In this document: piece by piece, positions 15,749 to 25,723 of the stretch
Numbering within the stretch: position 1 is the first letter of the stretch
How the letters are laid out: the number at the start of each line of letters is the position of its first letter
Virus record (IMG/VR): IMGVR_UViG_3300049141_000061
Coordinates: 1 to 44,728 of that record
DNA: 44,728 nucleotides
DNA from: a virus
Lineage: Duplodnaviria > Caudoviricetes
Strand: one strand, 5' to 3'
Notes under the pieces: generated by a model
What the model was told of the DNA's origin: nothing
The model's input: only the letters and a program-made list of their open reading frames with translations
The model's database searches: none
Translations under genes and position numbers: made by a program

Positions 15749-18700
15749 GTGGCGCTGACCGTGGGCGAGCTCAACGGCATCCTGTCCATCGACGACCGCG
15801 CGGTGGACCCCGCCCTGCGCCGCGCCGAGAACGCTCTGCGCGACTCCGGGCAGCGCATGGGCGACGACGCCGAACGTGCCGGTCAGCTGGCAGGCGAAGA
15901 ACTCGGTGAGGGCATCGTCCGCGGCGCCGACGGTCGGCTGCGCAACGCGCGCGGTCAGTTCGTCGCCGCGGGCCGGGCCGCCGGGGACTCGGTCGGAGAG
16001 GGGCTCACCGACGGTGCGACCGAGGGCGCGGACGAGGCCGTCGACCAGGCTGCGGGGCGCTTCGACCGGCTGAAGGCCCTCGCTGCCGGCGCTGGTATCG
16101 CCGCTGGTGCTGTACTCATGGCCGGTTTCCAAGAGGCCATGAGTCAGGGGCAGATCACTGGCACCTTGGGGGCCCAGCTCGGTGCGACGCCTGCCGAGGC
16201 CCAGCGGTACGGGAAACTCGCTGGCCAGCTGTTCAGGGACGCGATTGTGGCCGATTTCCAGGAAGGCGCCGACACGATCAAGGCGGTCATGAACGCTGGC
16301 CTCCTGCCGCCCGAGGCTACCAACGCCCAGATCTTGTCCCTGTCGACGCGTATCGCCGACCTGGCCAAAGTCCTCGGCATGGACCTCGGAGAAGCTGCCA
16401 ACGCGGCAGGAGTCATGGTCCGCAACGGCCTCGCGAAGAACAGCGAAGAGGCCATCGACATGCTCATCCAGGCGTCCAACAAGGGCGCCAATCGGTTTGG
16501 TGACCTCGGCGACACCATCACCCAGTCCGCAAACAATCTGACTCATTTCGGCCTGACCGGACAGCAGGCCCTCGGGGTGATGGTGCAGGGCATCGAGGCC
16601 GGCGCGCCCTCGGCGGAGCTCCTGTCGGGCGCGCTGGAGGAGATGGCCGCCAACGCTGCAGACGGCGCTGAGACGTTCGACGCACTGGGCCTCAATGGCA
16701 AGCAGATGGCAGCAGACTTCGCCAAGGGCGGGCCCGCCGCTGGCAAGGCTTTGGACACGCTGATGGACCGGCTGCGGACGATGAAGGACGACGGAGCCCG
16801 CTCCAAGGCGATGATCGAGCTGTTCGGTGAGGAAGCGCTGACCATGCAGGACGCGCTCCTGCAAGTGGATCCGTCGTCGGCTACAAAGGCGCTTGGCGAC
16901 TTCGGGGGCGCGGCGGGCCGGGCCGGTGACACCCTGCGGGACAACGCCGGGCATCGGCTCACCGAGTTCAAGAACTCGCTTCAGCAGAACCTGGTGGAGT
17001 TCCTCGGCGGCCAGGTCATCCCCCGCCTGTCTGGGTTCTTCCAATTCGTCGGCGAGAACAAGGGTCTGTTCGCGGGACTGGCCGCTGGCGTCCTGGCGCT
17101 GGGTGCCGCGTTCTCCGTGGCAGCGATCGGCGTGTGGGCGATGAACTCGGCGATGCTCGCCAACCCGATCTTCTGGATCATCGCAGGTATCGCTGCGGCG
17201 GTCGCCGGGATCGTGATCCTGATCGTCACCTACTGGGACGAGATCAAGTCCGCCACAGAGACGGCCTGGTCGTGGGTCGTCTCCAAGGTGACCTGGGCCA
17301 AAGACGGCGTCCTCGCCGCGATCGGCTACCTCGGCAGCATCCCGGGCAAGGTCAGAGCGTGGTTCGGGCAGGCAAAGGACTGGGCCGTCCGCAAGCTCAC
17401 CGAGCTGACCACGTGGCTGCAGGGGCTCCCTGACCGTGCTTCGAGCGCGATCTCAGGGCTCGGCTCGGCCGTGGTCGCACGCGCCAACTCGGCCTGGCAG
17501 TCATTCCGGGACGCGTCCGTGAAGAAGGCACTCGCCTTCATCACGTGGGTGAAGGGCCTGCCGGGCCGCATTTCCAGCGGGATGGGCTCGCTCGGCGGAC
17601 TGCTGGTGACCAAGGGCACCCAGGTCGTCCAGGGCCTGTGGAACGGCATCAAGTCGATGGGCGGCTGGATCTACGACAAGCTGATCGGCTGGGCCAGGAG
17701 CATGATCCCCGGCCCCATCGCCAAGGCCCTGGGCATCGCAAGCCCGTCCAAGGTCACCAAGCAGCAGGGCCGGTGGATCGCCCGCGGCCTCATCGACGGC
17801 CTCACCGGCTCGTCCAAGCAAGTCAAGGCCGCATCGACGAAGCTGGCGGACATCGTCGCCGACAGCCTCGCCCCGGGCAAGAAGCGCTCCAAGGCCCTCA
17901 AGCGGATCAGCAGCGACACCAAGAAGCTGCTCAAGCTCGCCTCACAGGAAGAGAAGGTGGCGGCGCGGCTGAAGTCCGCGCAGAAGCGACTCACCGGCCT
18001 CATGAAGGACCGCGACAAGCTCGCCGCGGATGTGAAGAAGGGTGTCCTGGACTCGGCGAACATCACCGGCCAGGACACCGGCGGCTGGCCGCAGACCGCC
18101 GAGACGATCCTCGCGGGGCTCAAGCAGGACCGAGCCGCAGCCGAGGCATTCGCGAAGAACCTCGCGCAGCTGCGGAAGAAGGGGGTGCGCAGCGATCTGA
18201 TCACGCAGATCGCCCAGGCCGGCGTGGGGCAGGGCTCCTCGGCGGCGGCCGCGCTGGCGAACGCCACCCCGGAACAGATCAAGGCGATCAACAAGGAGCA
18301 GGGCGCCCTGGTTGCTTCGGCGGAGAAGGCCGGGAGCACTGCGGGCAACGCGATGTACGGGGCTGGCATCGCCGCGGGCAAAGGCTTGGTCGCTGGGCTG
18401 AAGATGGAGCAGAAGGCGATCGAGAAGCAGATGCTTCAGATCGCGAAGGGCATGTCGGCGGCGATCCGCAAGGCGCTTGGGATCAAGAGTCCCAGCCGGG
18501 TGATGGCGCGCGTTGGCGCGTACACGGCACAGGGACTCATCAAGGGCATGGAAGGCGAACGCCGCGCCGTCAACCGCTCGATGGCCTCCCTTGTCGAGAC
18601 CCCGGGGCCGGGCTCCCTCGATATGGCGGGCAGGCGCGCGCGTGCCGCCGCGTCGCAGCGTGTCGTGCTCGAACTTCGGTCCTCCGGGCGCGGCGAGGAC

Positions 18701-18790
18701 AACTACCTGATGGGCCGTATGCGGCGGGGGATCCGCAAGGTCGGTGGCAACGATGTGGAGTTCGCGCTCACGGGAAGGAGGAGTGGCTGA
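15749..18790 (+). CDS. Tape measure protein
   Basis: 1013 aa, Ala/Gly-rich and helical; ANPIFWII hydrophobic block, periodic Trp, LGIxSPS motifs. Confidence 0.93.
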   Translation: MALTVGELNGILSIDDRAVDPALRRAENALRDSGQRMGDDAERAGQLAGEELGEGIVRGADGRLRNARGQFVAAGRAAGDSVGEGLTDGATEGADEAVDQAAGRFDRLKALAAGAGIAAGAVLMAGFQEAMSQGQITGTLGAQLGATPAEAQRYGKLAGQLFRDAIVADFQEGADTIKAVMNAGLLPPEATNAQILSLSTRIADLAKVLGMDLGEAANAAGVMVRNGLAKNSEEAIDMLIQASNKGANRFGDLGDTITQSANNLTHFGLTGQQALGVMVQGIEAGAPSAELLSGALEEMAANAADGAETFDALGLNGKQMAADFAKGGPAAGKALDTLMDRLRTMKDDGARSKAMIELFGEEALTMQDALLQVDPSSATKALGDFGGAAGRAGDTLRDNAGHRLTEFKNSLQQNLVEFLGGQVIPRLSGFFQFVGENKGLFAGLAAGVLALGAAFSVAAIGVWAMNSAMLANPIFWIIAGIAAAVAGIVILIVTYWDEIKSATETAWSWVVSKVTWAKDGVLAAIGYLGSIPGKVRAWFGQAKDWAVRKLTELTTWLQGLPDRASSAISGLGSAVVARANSAWQSFRDASVKKALAFITWVKGLPGRISSGMGSLGGLLVTKGTQVVQGLWNGIKSMGGWIYDKLIGWARSMIPGPIAKALGIASPSKVTKQQGRWIARGLIDGLTGSSKQVKAASTKLADIVADSLAPGKKRSKALKRISSDTKKLLKLASQEEKVAARLKSAQKRLTGLMKDRDKLAADVKKGVLDSANITGQDTGGWPQTAETILAGLKQDRAAAEAFAKNLAQLRKKGVRSDLITQIAQAGVGQGSSAAAALANATPEQIKAINKEQGALVASAEKAGSTAGNAMYGAGIAAGKGLVAGLKMEQKAIEKQMLQIAKGMSAAIRKALGIKSPSRVMARVGAYTAQGLIKGMEGERRAVNRSMASLVETPGPGSLDMAGRRARAAASQRVVLELRSSGRGEDNYLMGRMRRGIRKVGGNDVEFALTGRRSG

Positions 18791-21700
18791 TGGCGTTCCC
18801 CGAGGACTCGCTCGGCGTCACGACCGAACTCAGCATCGGGGGCGTGCTGACCGACGTCACGCAGCACGCGATGACCCGGGACCTCATCACCCACAGCCGC
18901 GGCCAGACGGCGGAGGGGCAGGCGGCCGACCCGGCCTCCTGCTCCCTCACCCTCAAGAGCCCGGGCGGCCTGTACGCGCCGCGCAATCCGCGCAGCCCGT
19001 ACTTCCAGAAGATCGGCCGGAACACCCCGCTTCGGGTGAGCGTGGCCGCCGGAAACCGCTACCTGCTGCTGCCGAACACGTCCGGGAACGGGGCCTCCAC
19101 CCCCGACCACGCGAGCCTCGACATCACCGGCGACATCGACATCCGCGTCGACTTCGCCCTCGACGACTTCAACGGCGACTCCACCCTGCGGGAGATCGCT
19201 GGGAAGTACGCAGCCGCCGGGAACCAGCGGTCGTGGCTGCTGATGATCTGGACGGACGGCCGCCCCTACTTCCGCTGGTCACCCGACGGGACAAACGTCA
19301 TCCAGTACCAGGCGGCCCCGGTCTACCCGCCCGCCTCAGGGCGTGTCGCCATCAGGGTCACCCTCGACGTCAACAACGGAGCAGGCGGCCACACGCTCAC
19401 CTGGTACACCGCACCGACGATGGCCGGGCCGTGGACGCTGCTGAGCTCGGAGACCCAGGCCGGGACGACGAGCATCTTCGCCTCGACGGCCCCGCTGACG
19501 GTCGGCGATGTGCCCGATCTCGGCTTTGAGCGCCCGTACGGCAAGGTCCACGCCTTCGAGATGCGGTCCGGCATCAACGGGACCGTGGTCGCCAACCCGG
19601 ACTTCTCTCTCCCCGCCGAGGGGGCGACGTCGTTCGTGGACGCCTCGGGGCGGACCTGGACACCGTCGGGCGGTGCGCAGATCACGAACCGGCAGACCCG
19701 GTTCATGGGCGAATACTCCGACTGGCCGGCCGAGTGGTCCGGGCCCGGCCACCTCATCGTCGTGGACGGGGAAGGCGCCGGGCTCCTGGAGCGCATGAGC
19801 CAGGGCACGAAGGTGCTCGCGTCGACCCTGCGGCGCCGCATCCCTTCCTACAGCCCGGTGGCGTACTGGCCGATGGAGGAAGGCTCGGACGCGACCACCG
19901 TCTACAGCCCCATCCAGGGGGTCAAGGCCTTCACCCCGGCCGCGTTCGAGTTCGCCGGAGACGACACGCTGCCCGGCTCCTCGCCTCTGCCGGTCATCCA
20001 GCCCGGGGCATCATTCGTGGCGCGGGTGCCGGCGGTGGCGGCGGGTACGTGGCAGGTGGAGCTGGTGTACAACCTCGACGCGATGCCCGCCGCGGAGACG
20101 ACGCTGTTCGAGGTGCGCACCACGGGTACAGCCCGCCGCGTGCGAGCGCGCGTGGCGACCAACCTGGTGCGGATCGACGGCTTGGACGCCGACGACAACA
20201 CGGTTTTCACGGACTTCGCCACCGCACCAGCATTCACCGGCGCCTGGAACCGCTTGCAGATCAAGGCCATCCAGTCCGGCGGCAACGTCCAGTACGTGGT
20301 CCGCTGGGTCGTCATCGGCGGCACCGGCTTCAACATCAACGTCACCATCGCCGCCACCCCGGGCTACGTCATCGACGTACGCTCCTCGTTCGGCACCGGC
20401 CTGGAAGGGATGCGGTTCGGGCACCTGGCCGTCTTCAACACCGAGACGGACCAGCCGTTCAACTCCGCCGACCACGGCTTCAACGGCGAGACCGCTGCCG
20501 CCCGCATGATCCGCCTGTGCGAGGAGGAAGGCGTCGCTTTCCGCGCGGTCGGCGACCTGTCGGAGTCGATGCCGATGGGCCCCCAGCGGCCGGGCACTCT
20601 GCTCGCCCTGCTGCAGCAGTGCGCGGATACGGACGGCGGGATCTTCGGGGAGGAACGGGACCGGCTCGGTCTGCGCTACCGCACCCGTACCTCGCTGTAC
20701 AACCAGACGCCGGCGCTCACCCTGTCGTACGGGACGCGGGGGCTGGGGCTCGGCAGGCCGGTCGACGACACCTCGACCGTCCGCAACGACATCACCGTCA
20801 ACCGGATCGCGGGCGGCTCAGCGCGCGCCGTGCTCGAGGAAGGGCGGCTGTCCGTGCAGGACCCCCCGGACGGGGTGGGCCTGTACGACGAGGGCGTCGA
20901 CCTCAACCTTCACTCCGACGACCTGACCGAGCCGTCAGCGTTCTGGCGTCTGCACCTGGGCACGTGGGACGAGGCCCGATACCCGTCGCTGACGCTGCGC
21001 CTGCACCGGATCCCGAGCCTGATCCCGGCCGCCCTCGACATCACCGAGGGCGACCTGATCCGCATCACCGACCTGCCCGACTGGCTGCCGCCCGGGCCGA
21101 TCGACTTGATGGTGCAGGGCTACACGGAACGCTTCGGCACCCACACCTGGGAGATCACGTTCGTGTGCGCGCCAGCAGGGCCGTACACGGTCGGCACCGT
21201 GGGCAGCGCGACCACGGGACGGGTCGACGCCAACCCTGGCGGCTCCACATTGCAGGCCGCAGCGACGGACTCCGCGACGCAGCTGACGGTGCACACCCCG
21301 GCCAGAGGACCGATGGGCCCAGCGCCGTGGATCACCTCCTCCGGGCCGTCGCCGACGTATCCGGCAGAGTTTCCGATCCCTGTCCTGATCGCGGGCGAGG
21401 AGCTGTCCGTGACCGCGATTCGCCCCTGGGCGCATGACGCGTTCGGGCGCACGGTCGCAGCCGGCAGCTGGGGAACGGCCACGGACGGCCAGGCGTGGAC
21501 GCTGGTCGGCGGCTCAGCGTCGGAACGGTCAGTGAACGGGACGCGTGGCGTGGTGACACTGCCCTCCGCGCCGTCGACGCTCCGCTTCCAGACGACGCCC
21601 GGGGCTATCGGCGACTGCGAGGTCCGCTGCCGCATGTCGGTGAGCGCCGTGGCGACCGGGGCCTCGTTCATCCCGGCAGTGCTGCTGCGCTATGCCGGTT

Positions 21701-22137
21701 CCGGCGACTACTACCGGGCGCGCGTGCACTTCGGCCTGTCGGGCGCCATGCAGGTGTCTGTCACGCGGGACGTCACGCAGATCGGTTCGGCCGCCACGCT
21801 GCCGTACACCTACGCAGCGGCGGATGAGTTCGAGGTGCGGGTGCGGCTGACCGAGCACCTTGTGCAAGTCCGTGTGTGGCCGGTGGGCTCACTGGAGCCG
21901 TCGGTGTGGCACGCGGCGGAGACGGTGGTCACCTCTCCCGTGACGACAGGGCAAGTAGGCCTGGCCGCGAGCGCGTTCGGCGGCAACACGAACGTCTCAC
22001 CCTCGCTGCTGTTCGACGAGTTCGTGGTGGTCACGCCGCAGGTGTGGACCGCCGCGCGGGCCGTCAATGGGGTGGCGAAGGCGCAACTGGCTGGCGAGGA
22101 GGTCCGCGTGGCGCGGCCTGCGGTGGTGGCCCTGTGA
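18790..22137 (+). CDS. Large minor tail / baseplate-hub protein with LamG-like inserts
   Basis: ATG overlaps tape measure stop; about 1115 aa; PVAYWPMEEG, TVRNDITV, RAVNGVAK motifs. Confidence 0.85.
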   Translation: MAFPEDSLGVTTELSIGGVLTDVTQHAMTRDLITHSRGQTAEGQAADPASCSLTLKSPGGLYAPRNPRSPYFQKIGRNTPLRVSVAAGNRYLLLPNTSGNGASTPDHASLDITGDIDIRVDFALDDFNGDSTLREIAGKYAAAGNQRSWLLMIWTDGRPYFRWSPDGTNVIQYQAAPVYPPASGRVAIRVTLDVNNGAGGHTLTWYTAPTMAGPWTLLSSETQAGTTSIFASTAPLTVGDVPDLGFERPYGKVHAFEMRSGINGTVVANPDFSLPAEGATSFVDASGRTWTPSGGAQITNRQTRFMGEYSDWPAEWSGPGHLIVVDGEGAGLLERMSQGTKVLASTLRRRIPSYSPVAYWPMEEGSDATTVYSPIQGVKAFTPAAFEFAGDDTLPGSSPLPVIQPGASFVARVPAVAAGTWQVELVYNLDAMPAAETTLFEVRTTGTARRVRARVATNLVRIDGLDADDNTVFTDFATAPAFTGAWNRLQIKAIQSGGNVQYVVRWVVIGGTGFNINVTIAATPGYVIDVRSSFGTGLEGMRFGHLAVFNTETDQPFNSADHGFNGETAAARMIRLCEEEGVAFRAVGDLSESMPMGPQRPGTLLALLQQCADTDGGIFGEERDRLGLRYRTRTSLYNQTPALTLSYGTRGLGLGRPVDDTSTVRNDITVNRIAGGSARAVLEEGRLSVQDPPDGVGLYDEGVDLNLHSDDLTEPSAFWRLHLGTWDEARYPSLTLRLHRIPSLIPAALDITEGDLIRITDLPDWLPPGPIDLMVQGYTERFGTHTWEITFVCAPAGPYTVGTVGSATTGRVDANPGGSTLQAAATDSATQLTVHTPARGPMGPAPWITSSGPSPTYPAEFPIPVLIAGEELSVTAIRPWAHDAFGRTVAAGSWGTATDGQAWTLVGGSASERSVNGTRGVVTLPSAPSTLRFQTTPGAIGDCEVRCRMSVSAVATGASFIPAVLLRYAGSGDYYRARVHFGLSGAMQVSVTRDVTQIGSAATLPYTYAAADEFEVRVRLTEHLVQVRVWPVGSLEPSVWHAAETVVTSPVTTGQVGLAASAFGGNTNVSPSLLFDEFVVVTPQVWTAARAVNGVAKAQLAGEEVRVARPAVVAL

Positions 22138-22152
22138 CGGAAGGAGAGATGC

Positions 22153-22659
22153 GTGGCGTATGAACCGTGGCAGCCCGGCATGATCGTGACGGAGGGGCGG
22201 CTGGCGTCCATCAGCCCGACGTTTCAGGACTGGACGCCCGTGTGGACCACGTCGTCCGGCGCGAACACCCCCAGTTTCGGCAACGCGACGATCACCGCGA
22301 GGTACGCGCAGGCTGCTTTGAAGGTGTCCTTCCGCCTGGAGATCGCTTTCGGCACCACCACGAACTTCGGCGGCGGTGGCGCCTCTGACAACTGGCGCTT
22401 CTCGTTGCCGGTTGCCTCGGCGGCGACCGCGCTCATCGTGGGCTGGGGGGAGATCTCCGACTCCAGCGCGGGCATCGGCTCGCGCATGGGCGTGCGGCCT
22501 CGGCTGACGACGACCACGACGATGGAGATCGAGATGGCGTCGGCGCGGATCGACGCGGCCGCGGTCGCGGGCGCCGGCCTCATCGATGCAGTGTCGCCGT
22601 GGACATGGGCGACCTCCGACGCGATCCGCTTGTTCGGCGAGTACGAAGCCGCGGCCTGA
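22153..22659 (+). CDS. Minor tail / fibre protein
   Basis: WQPGMIVT..RL, WTPVWT..., GNATITARY, NWRFSLP motifs. Confidence 0.75.
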   Translation: MAYEPWQPGMIVTEGRLASISPTFQDWTPVWTTSSGANTPSFGNATITARYAQAALKVSFRLEIAFGTTTNFGGGGASDNWRFSLPVASAATALIVGWGEISDSSAGIGSRMGVRPRLTTTTTMEIEMASARIDAAAVAGAGLIDAVSPWTWATSDAIRLFGEYEAAA

Positions 22660-22675
22660 CCTTGAGGAGGGGCAG

Positions 22676-22885
22676 ATGGAGTACCCGTTCGTCGAGGTGC
22701 GGGCCTACGACGTGACGAACCCGGAGGTGAGCTGCACGGTGCACATGGCCGTCGCCAGTGCGAGCCTGCCGATCCCGGATGTGTCTGAGCAGGACGTCGT
22801 GGACGTCGTGAAGGGGCTGTTCTCGCAGCAGCCGAACATCGCGGTGAGCGCGTACCGCTACGAGGTGACCGCTTCCCCTGCCTGA
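22676..22885 (+). CDS. Small hypothetical tail-region protein
   Basis: GAGGAGG RBS; 69 aa. Confidence 0.7.
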   Translation: MEYPFVEVRAYDVTNPEVSCTVHMAVASASLPIPDVSEQDVVDVVKGLFSQQPNIAVSAYRYEVTASPA

Positions 22886-22904
22886 TCACATCGTCCACTC
22901 ATCC

Positions 22905-22933
22905 GCCCCGCGCCGTCCGGCCGGGGCCTTTCT
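22905..22933 (+). terminator. Stem-loop with short T tract before lysin
   Basis: GCCCCG..CGGGGC followed by CTTTCT. Confidence 0.5.
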
Positions 22934-22949
22934 CATGTCTGGAGGCCCC

Positions 22950-23699
22950 ATGGCCACACCCCTGAGCCCCGACCGGCTCATCAAGATCCTCAGAGCCGAG
23001 GGGGTGAAGATTTCGGAGTATCCCGGCTGGCGTACACGCGAACGGGACGACGAGACCGGCAAAGCCTTCGGGCCCGTCCACATGATCCTCAACCATCACA
23101 CGGTGAGCCGGAACTCCCGCGACATCGTCGCCCGCGACGGCGTGGCCGGACTGCCCGGACCGCTCGCCCACATCCACCTGGCCAAGGACGGCGTCGCCAC
23201 TCTCTGCTCGGCCGGGCGCACCAATCACGCCGGGCTGATGGCGAAGAACGCGTACAACAGCTTCCTCAACGAGGCGTCCACCCACCCGGCACCGTCGAAG
23301 GCGTCCGGCACGGTCGACGGCAACGACCTCTCGTACGGCATCGAGACCGAGAACCTCGGCGACAACAAGGACCCGTACACCCGGGCCCAGTACGACGCGT
23401 GGGTGCGGATCAACGCCGCGATCTGCCGCGAGTACAGGTGGTCGCAGGAGTCCGTCGGCTGCCACAAGGAGACCTCCGTCGAGGGCAAGGTCGACCCCCG
23501 CGGCCCCGTCGAGGGCTACGGGACCCGCGGCCGGTTCGACTTCACGCCGAAGCAGTTCCGGGCGGACGTCGGGCAGCGGCTGGCCCACCCGGCCAGCTGG
23601 TCGCCCGGGACAACACCGCCGCCTGCCCCGAAGCCCCCCACCGTCGAGGAGCGGCTGGCCGCTCTGGAGAAGCGCGTCACCGCGCTGGAAACGAAGTGA
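22950..23699 (+). CDS. Endolysin, N-acetylmuramoyl-L-alanine amidase
   Basis: GWRTR, NHHT, NHAG, GIETEN, HKE and KVDP amidase_2 motifs. Confidence 0.92.
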   Translation: MATPLSPDRLIKILRAEGVKISEYPGWRTRERDDETGKAFGPVHMILNHHTVSRNSRDIVARDGVAGLPGPLAHIHLAKDGVATLCSAGRTNHAGLMAKNAYNSFLNEASTHPAPSKASGTVDGNDLSYGIETENLGDNKDPYTRAQYDAWVRINAAICREYRWSQESVGCHKETSVEGKVDPRGPVEGYGTRGRFDFTPKQFRADVGQRLAHPASWSPGTTPPPAPKPPTVEERLAALEKRVTALETK

Positions 23700-23708
23700 G
23701 GTAACACC

Positions 23709-23936
23709 ATGGCATCTCCCTCCGCACCCATCGAGAAGAAGGTCAAGCTGGCGACCGCGCTCACCTACCTGGTGGGTGTCGCCGGGCTCGCGGTCGTCGG
23801 CGCCGTCACCGACGACCCGTCCCTCATCAGCTCCATGCCCGACGCGCTGGAGCCGTTCGTCCTCGCGATGCTGCCCGCGGCCGGCGCAGCCATCGGCGGC
23901 TGGGCGGCACCGCACACCCCGCGCTCGGACATCTAA
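23709..23936 (+). CDS. Holin
   Basis: 75 aa, 2 TM, APIEKKVK...GWAAPHTPR, directly after lysin. Confidence 0.85.
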   Translation: MASPSAPIEKKVKLATALTYLVGVAGLAVVGAVTDDPSLISSMPDALEPFVLAMLPAAGAAIGGWAAPHTPRSDI

Positions 23937-23952
23937 CGCTGGAGGACGACCG

Positions 23953-24303
23953 ATGCCCGACGAGCTGAGCGTCGGCGAACTCGGGCGTCAGGTCGCGGCC
24001 CTCCGCCAGGAGATCCACGCCCTGGGGCAAGGGATCAACAGCCGCCTCGACAAGGTGGTCTCCACCGAGGTGTACACGCTCCAATCCGCCTACACCGACC
24101 AGCGCATCACCGCCCTGTCGGCAGAGGTACAGAAGGTCGCCGACGCCCGGGACACCCTGGAGAACGCCTTCGAGCAGTATCAGCTGTCGGAACGCGACCG
24201 CCGCGAGCGAGACCGACAGGCCCGGCTCTACCAGATGATCGTGCCCGTCCTCATGGGGCTCCTGTCCGCGGCGATCGCGGTGTGGGCGGTGGTGGCGAAA
24301 TGA
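23953..24303 (+). CDS. Coiled-coil protein with C-terminal TM (lysis cassette)
   Basis: GGAGG RBS; [12 protein letters not shown]...; hydrophobic C-terminus. Confidence 0.75.
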   Translation: MPDELSVGELGRQVAALRQEIHALGQGINSRLDKVVSTEVYTLQSAYTDQRITALSAEVQKVADARDTLENAFEQYQLSERDRRERDRQARLYQMIVPVLMGLLSAAIAVWAVVAK

Positions 24304-24992
24304 GCCGAGCGCACAAGCGGCGCCGCTGGCGGGCGCCCCGTGCCGAATGGCTGGGCATGCTGACCGGCCTGATAGCCCTCGGCTTCCTCGTCGCCCTGGC
24401 CGTGCTGGTGGTGGACCTGTCCCGGGACCTGCGGGCGGAGCACTCGGCCCGGGACGCTCTGGCACGGCAGGTCGAGGAGTTGGGTGGAACACCGGTGGCC
24501 GGGCCGCCTGGGTCGCGGGGGGAACCCGGCGAGTCAGTCACAGGGCCGCCGGGACCGGCCGGACCGCCGGGCGACGATGGCGAGTCGGTCACGGGTCCGC
24601 CGGGCCCGAGCGGTTCGCCTGGGAGGCCAGGCCGGGACGGCACAGATGGAGCCTCCGCGACTGGGGCCCCAGGCGTGCCGGGACCAGCCGGAAGCCCTGG
24701 AGCACCTGGCCCGCCCGGAGAGTCAGTCGCCGGGCCCCCGGGGCCGCAGGGCGAGCCGGGCGAGCCGGGCCCGCCGGGTCCGCAGGGCGAGCGCGGCGAG
24801 CAGGGGCCCGCGGGCCCGCCGCCGTCGAGCTGGACGTTCACCTACCGCGGCGTGACCTACACATGCGCGCCGGACTCGGACGGATCGACCCACTACAGCT
24901 GCGAGCAGACCGGTGGCAGCCCGGATCCGGATCCTGGTCTGCCTGGTCCTGTCGCGGCCGGGCTGGACCCGACCCGCCGCGAGTATCCGTGA
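24300..24992 (+). CDS. Membrane-anchored collagen-like protein
   Basis: N-terminal TM, short coiled coil, long interrupted Gly-X-Y repeats, C-terminal two-Cys domain. Confidence 0.85.
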   Translation: MSRAHKRRRWRAPRAEWLGMLTGLIALGFLVALAVLVVDLSRDLRAEHSARDALARQVEELGGTPVAGPPGSRGEPGESVTGPPGPAGPPGDDGESVTGPPGPSGSPGRPGRDGTDGASATGAPGVPGPAGSPGAPGPPGESVAGPPGPQGEPGEPGPPGPQGERGEQGPAGPPPSSWTFTYRGVTYTCAPDSDGSTHYSCEQTGGSPDPDPGLPGPVAAGLDPTRREYP

Positions 24993-24999
24993 GGCTCTT

Positions 25000-25034
25000 G
25001 CCCCCTCTCGCCTTCGGGCGGGAGGGGGCCGTTT
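25000..25034 (+). terminator. Late-operon terminator with cUUCGg tetraloop
   Basis: GCCCCCTCTCGCC-TTCG-GGCGGGAGGGGGC. Confidence 0.75.
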
Positions 25035-25060
25035 CGTCATGCCCAGATACGCTCAGGCCC

Positions 25061-25723
25061 ATGATTCGCGCTGTGATTTTCGACGTCGGCGAGTGCCTCG
25101 TAGACGAGACCACCGAGTACGGCACCTGGGCCGACTGGCTCGGCGTACCCCGCCACACCTTCGCCGCGATGTTCGGGGCCGTTCTCGCTCAGGGCCGCGA
25201 CTACCGCGAGGTGTTCCAGGAGTTCCGGCCCGGCTTCGACCTGCACGAGGAGCGGGAGAAGCGCGCCGCCGCCGGCAAGCCGGAGCACTTCGGCGAGGCC
25301 GACCTGTACCCGGACGTCCGCGACGCGCTCGCTGCGCTCCGTGCGGATGGCCTGTGGCTGGGCATCGCCGGGAACCAGACTGTGCGCGCCGGCGGCATCC
25401 TGCGCGAGCTGTTCACCCAGGACGTCGACCTCATCGGCACCTCCGACGACTGGGGCGCCTCGAAGCCCGATCCTGCCTTCTTCGAGCGCGTCGCCGAAGT
25501 TGTCCCGGCCGAGCCCGACGAGATGCTGTACGTCGGCGACCGGATCGACAACGACATCCGCCCTGCCATCGCGGCCGGAATGCATACCGCGCTCGTGCAC
25601 CGCGGACCGTGGGCCACGATCCAGTGGAACACCCAGGAAGCGGAGAAGCTCCCCACCTTCCGAGTGGAGAGCCTCCTCGAACTGCCGGGTGCGATCCGGC
25701 AGTTCAACGGGCAAGCGCGCTGA
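25061..25723 (+). CDS. HAD-family hydrolase (probably leaderless)
   Basis: FDVGECLVD motif I, KPDP, YVGDRIDND; TACGCT 7 nt upstream of ATG. Confidence 0.9.
   Translation: MIRAVIFDVGECLVDETTEYGTWADWLGVPRHTFAAMFGAVLAQGRDYREVFQEFRPGFDLHEEREKRAAAGKPEHFGEADLYPDVRDALAALRADGLWLGIAGNQTVRAGGILRELFTQDVDLIGTSDDWGASKPDPAFFERVAEVVPAEPDEMLYVGDRIDNDIRPAIAAGMHTALVHRGPWATIQWNTQEAEKLPTFRVESLLELPGAIRQFNGQAR

Noticed and set aside
17545-18789. N-terminal extension of the 1530 aa ORF
   Set aside because: Off-frame overlap with the tape measure gene; the real start is ATG 18790 with an RBS.
24347-25060. Collagen-region/HAD fusion implied by the 458 aa ORF
   Set aside because: The upstream part is an off-frame read of the collagen gene and crosses a terminator; HAD starts at 25061.
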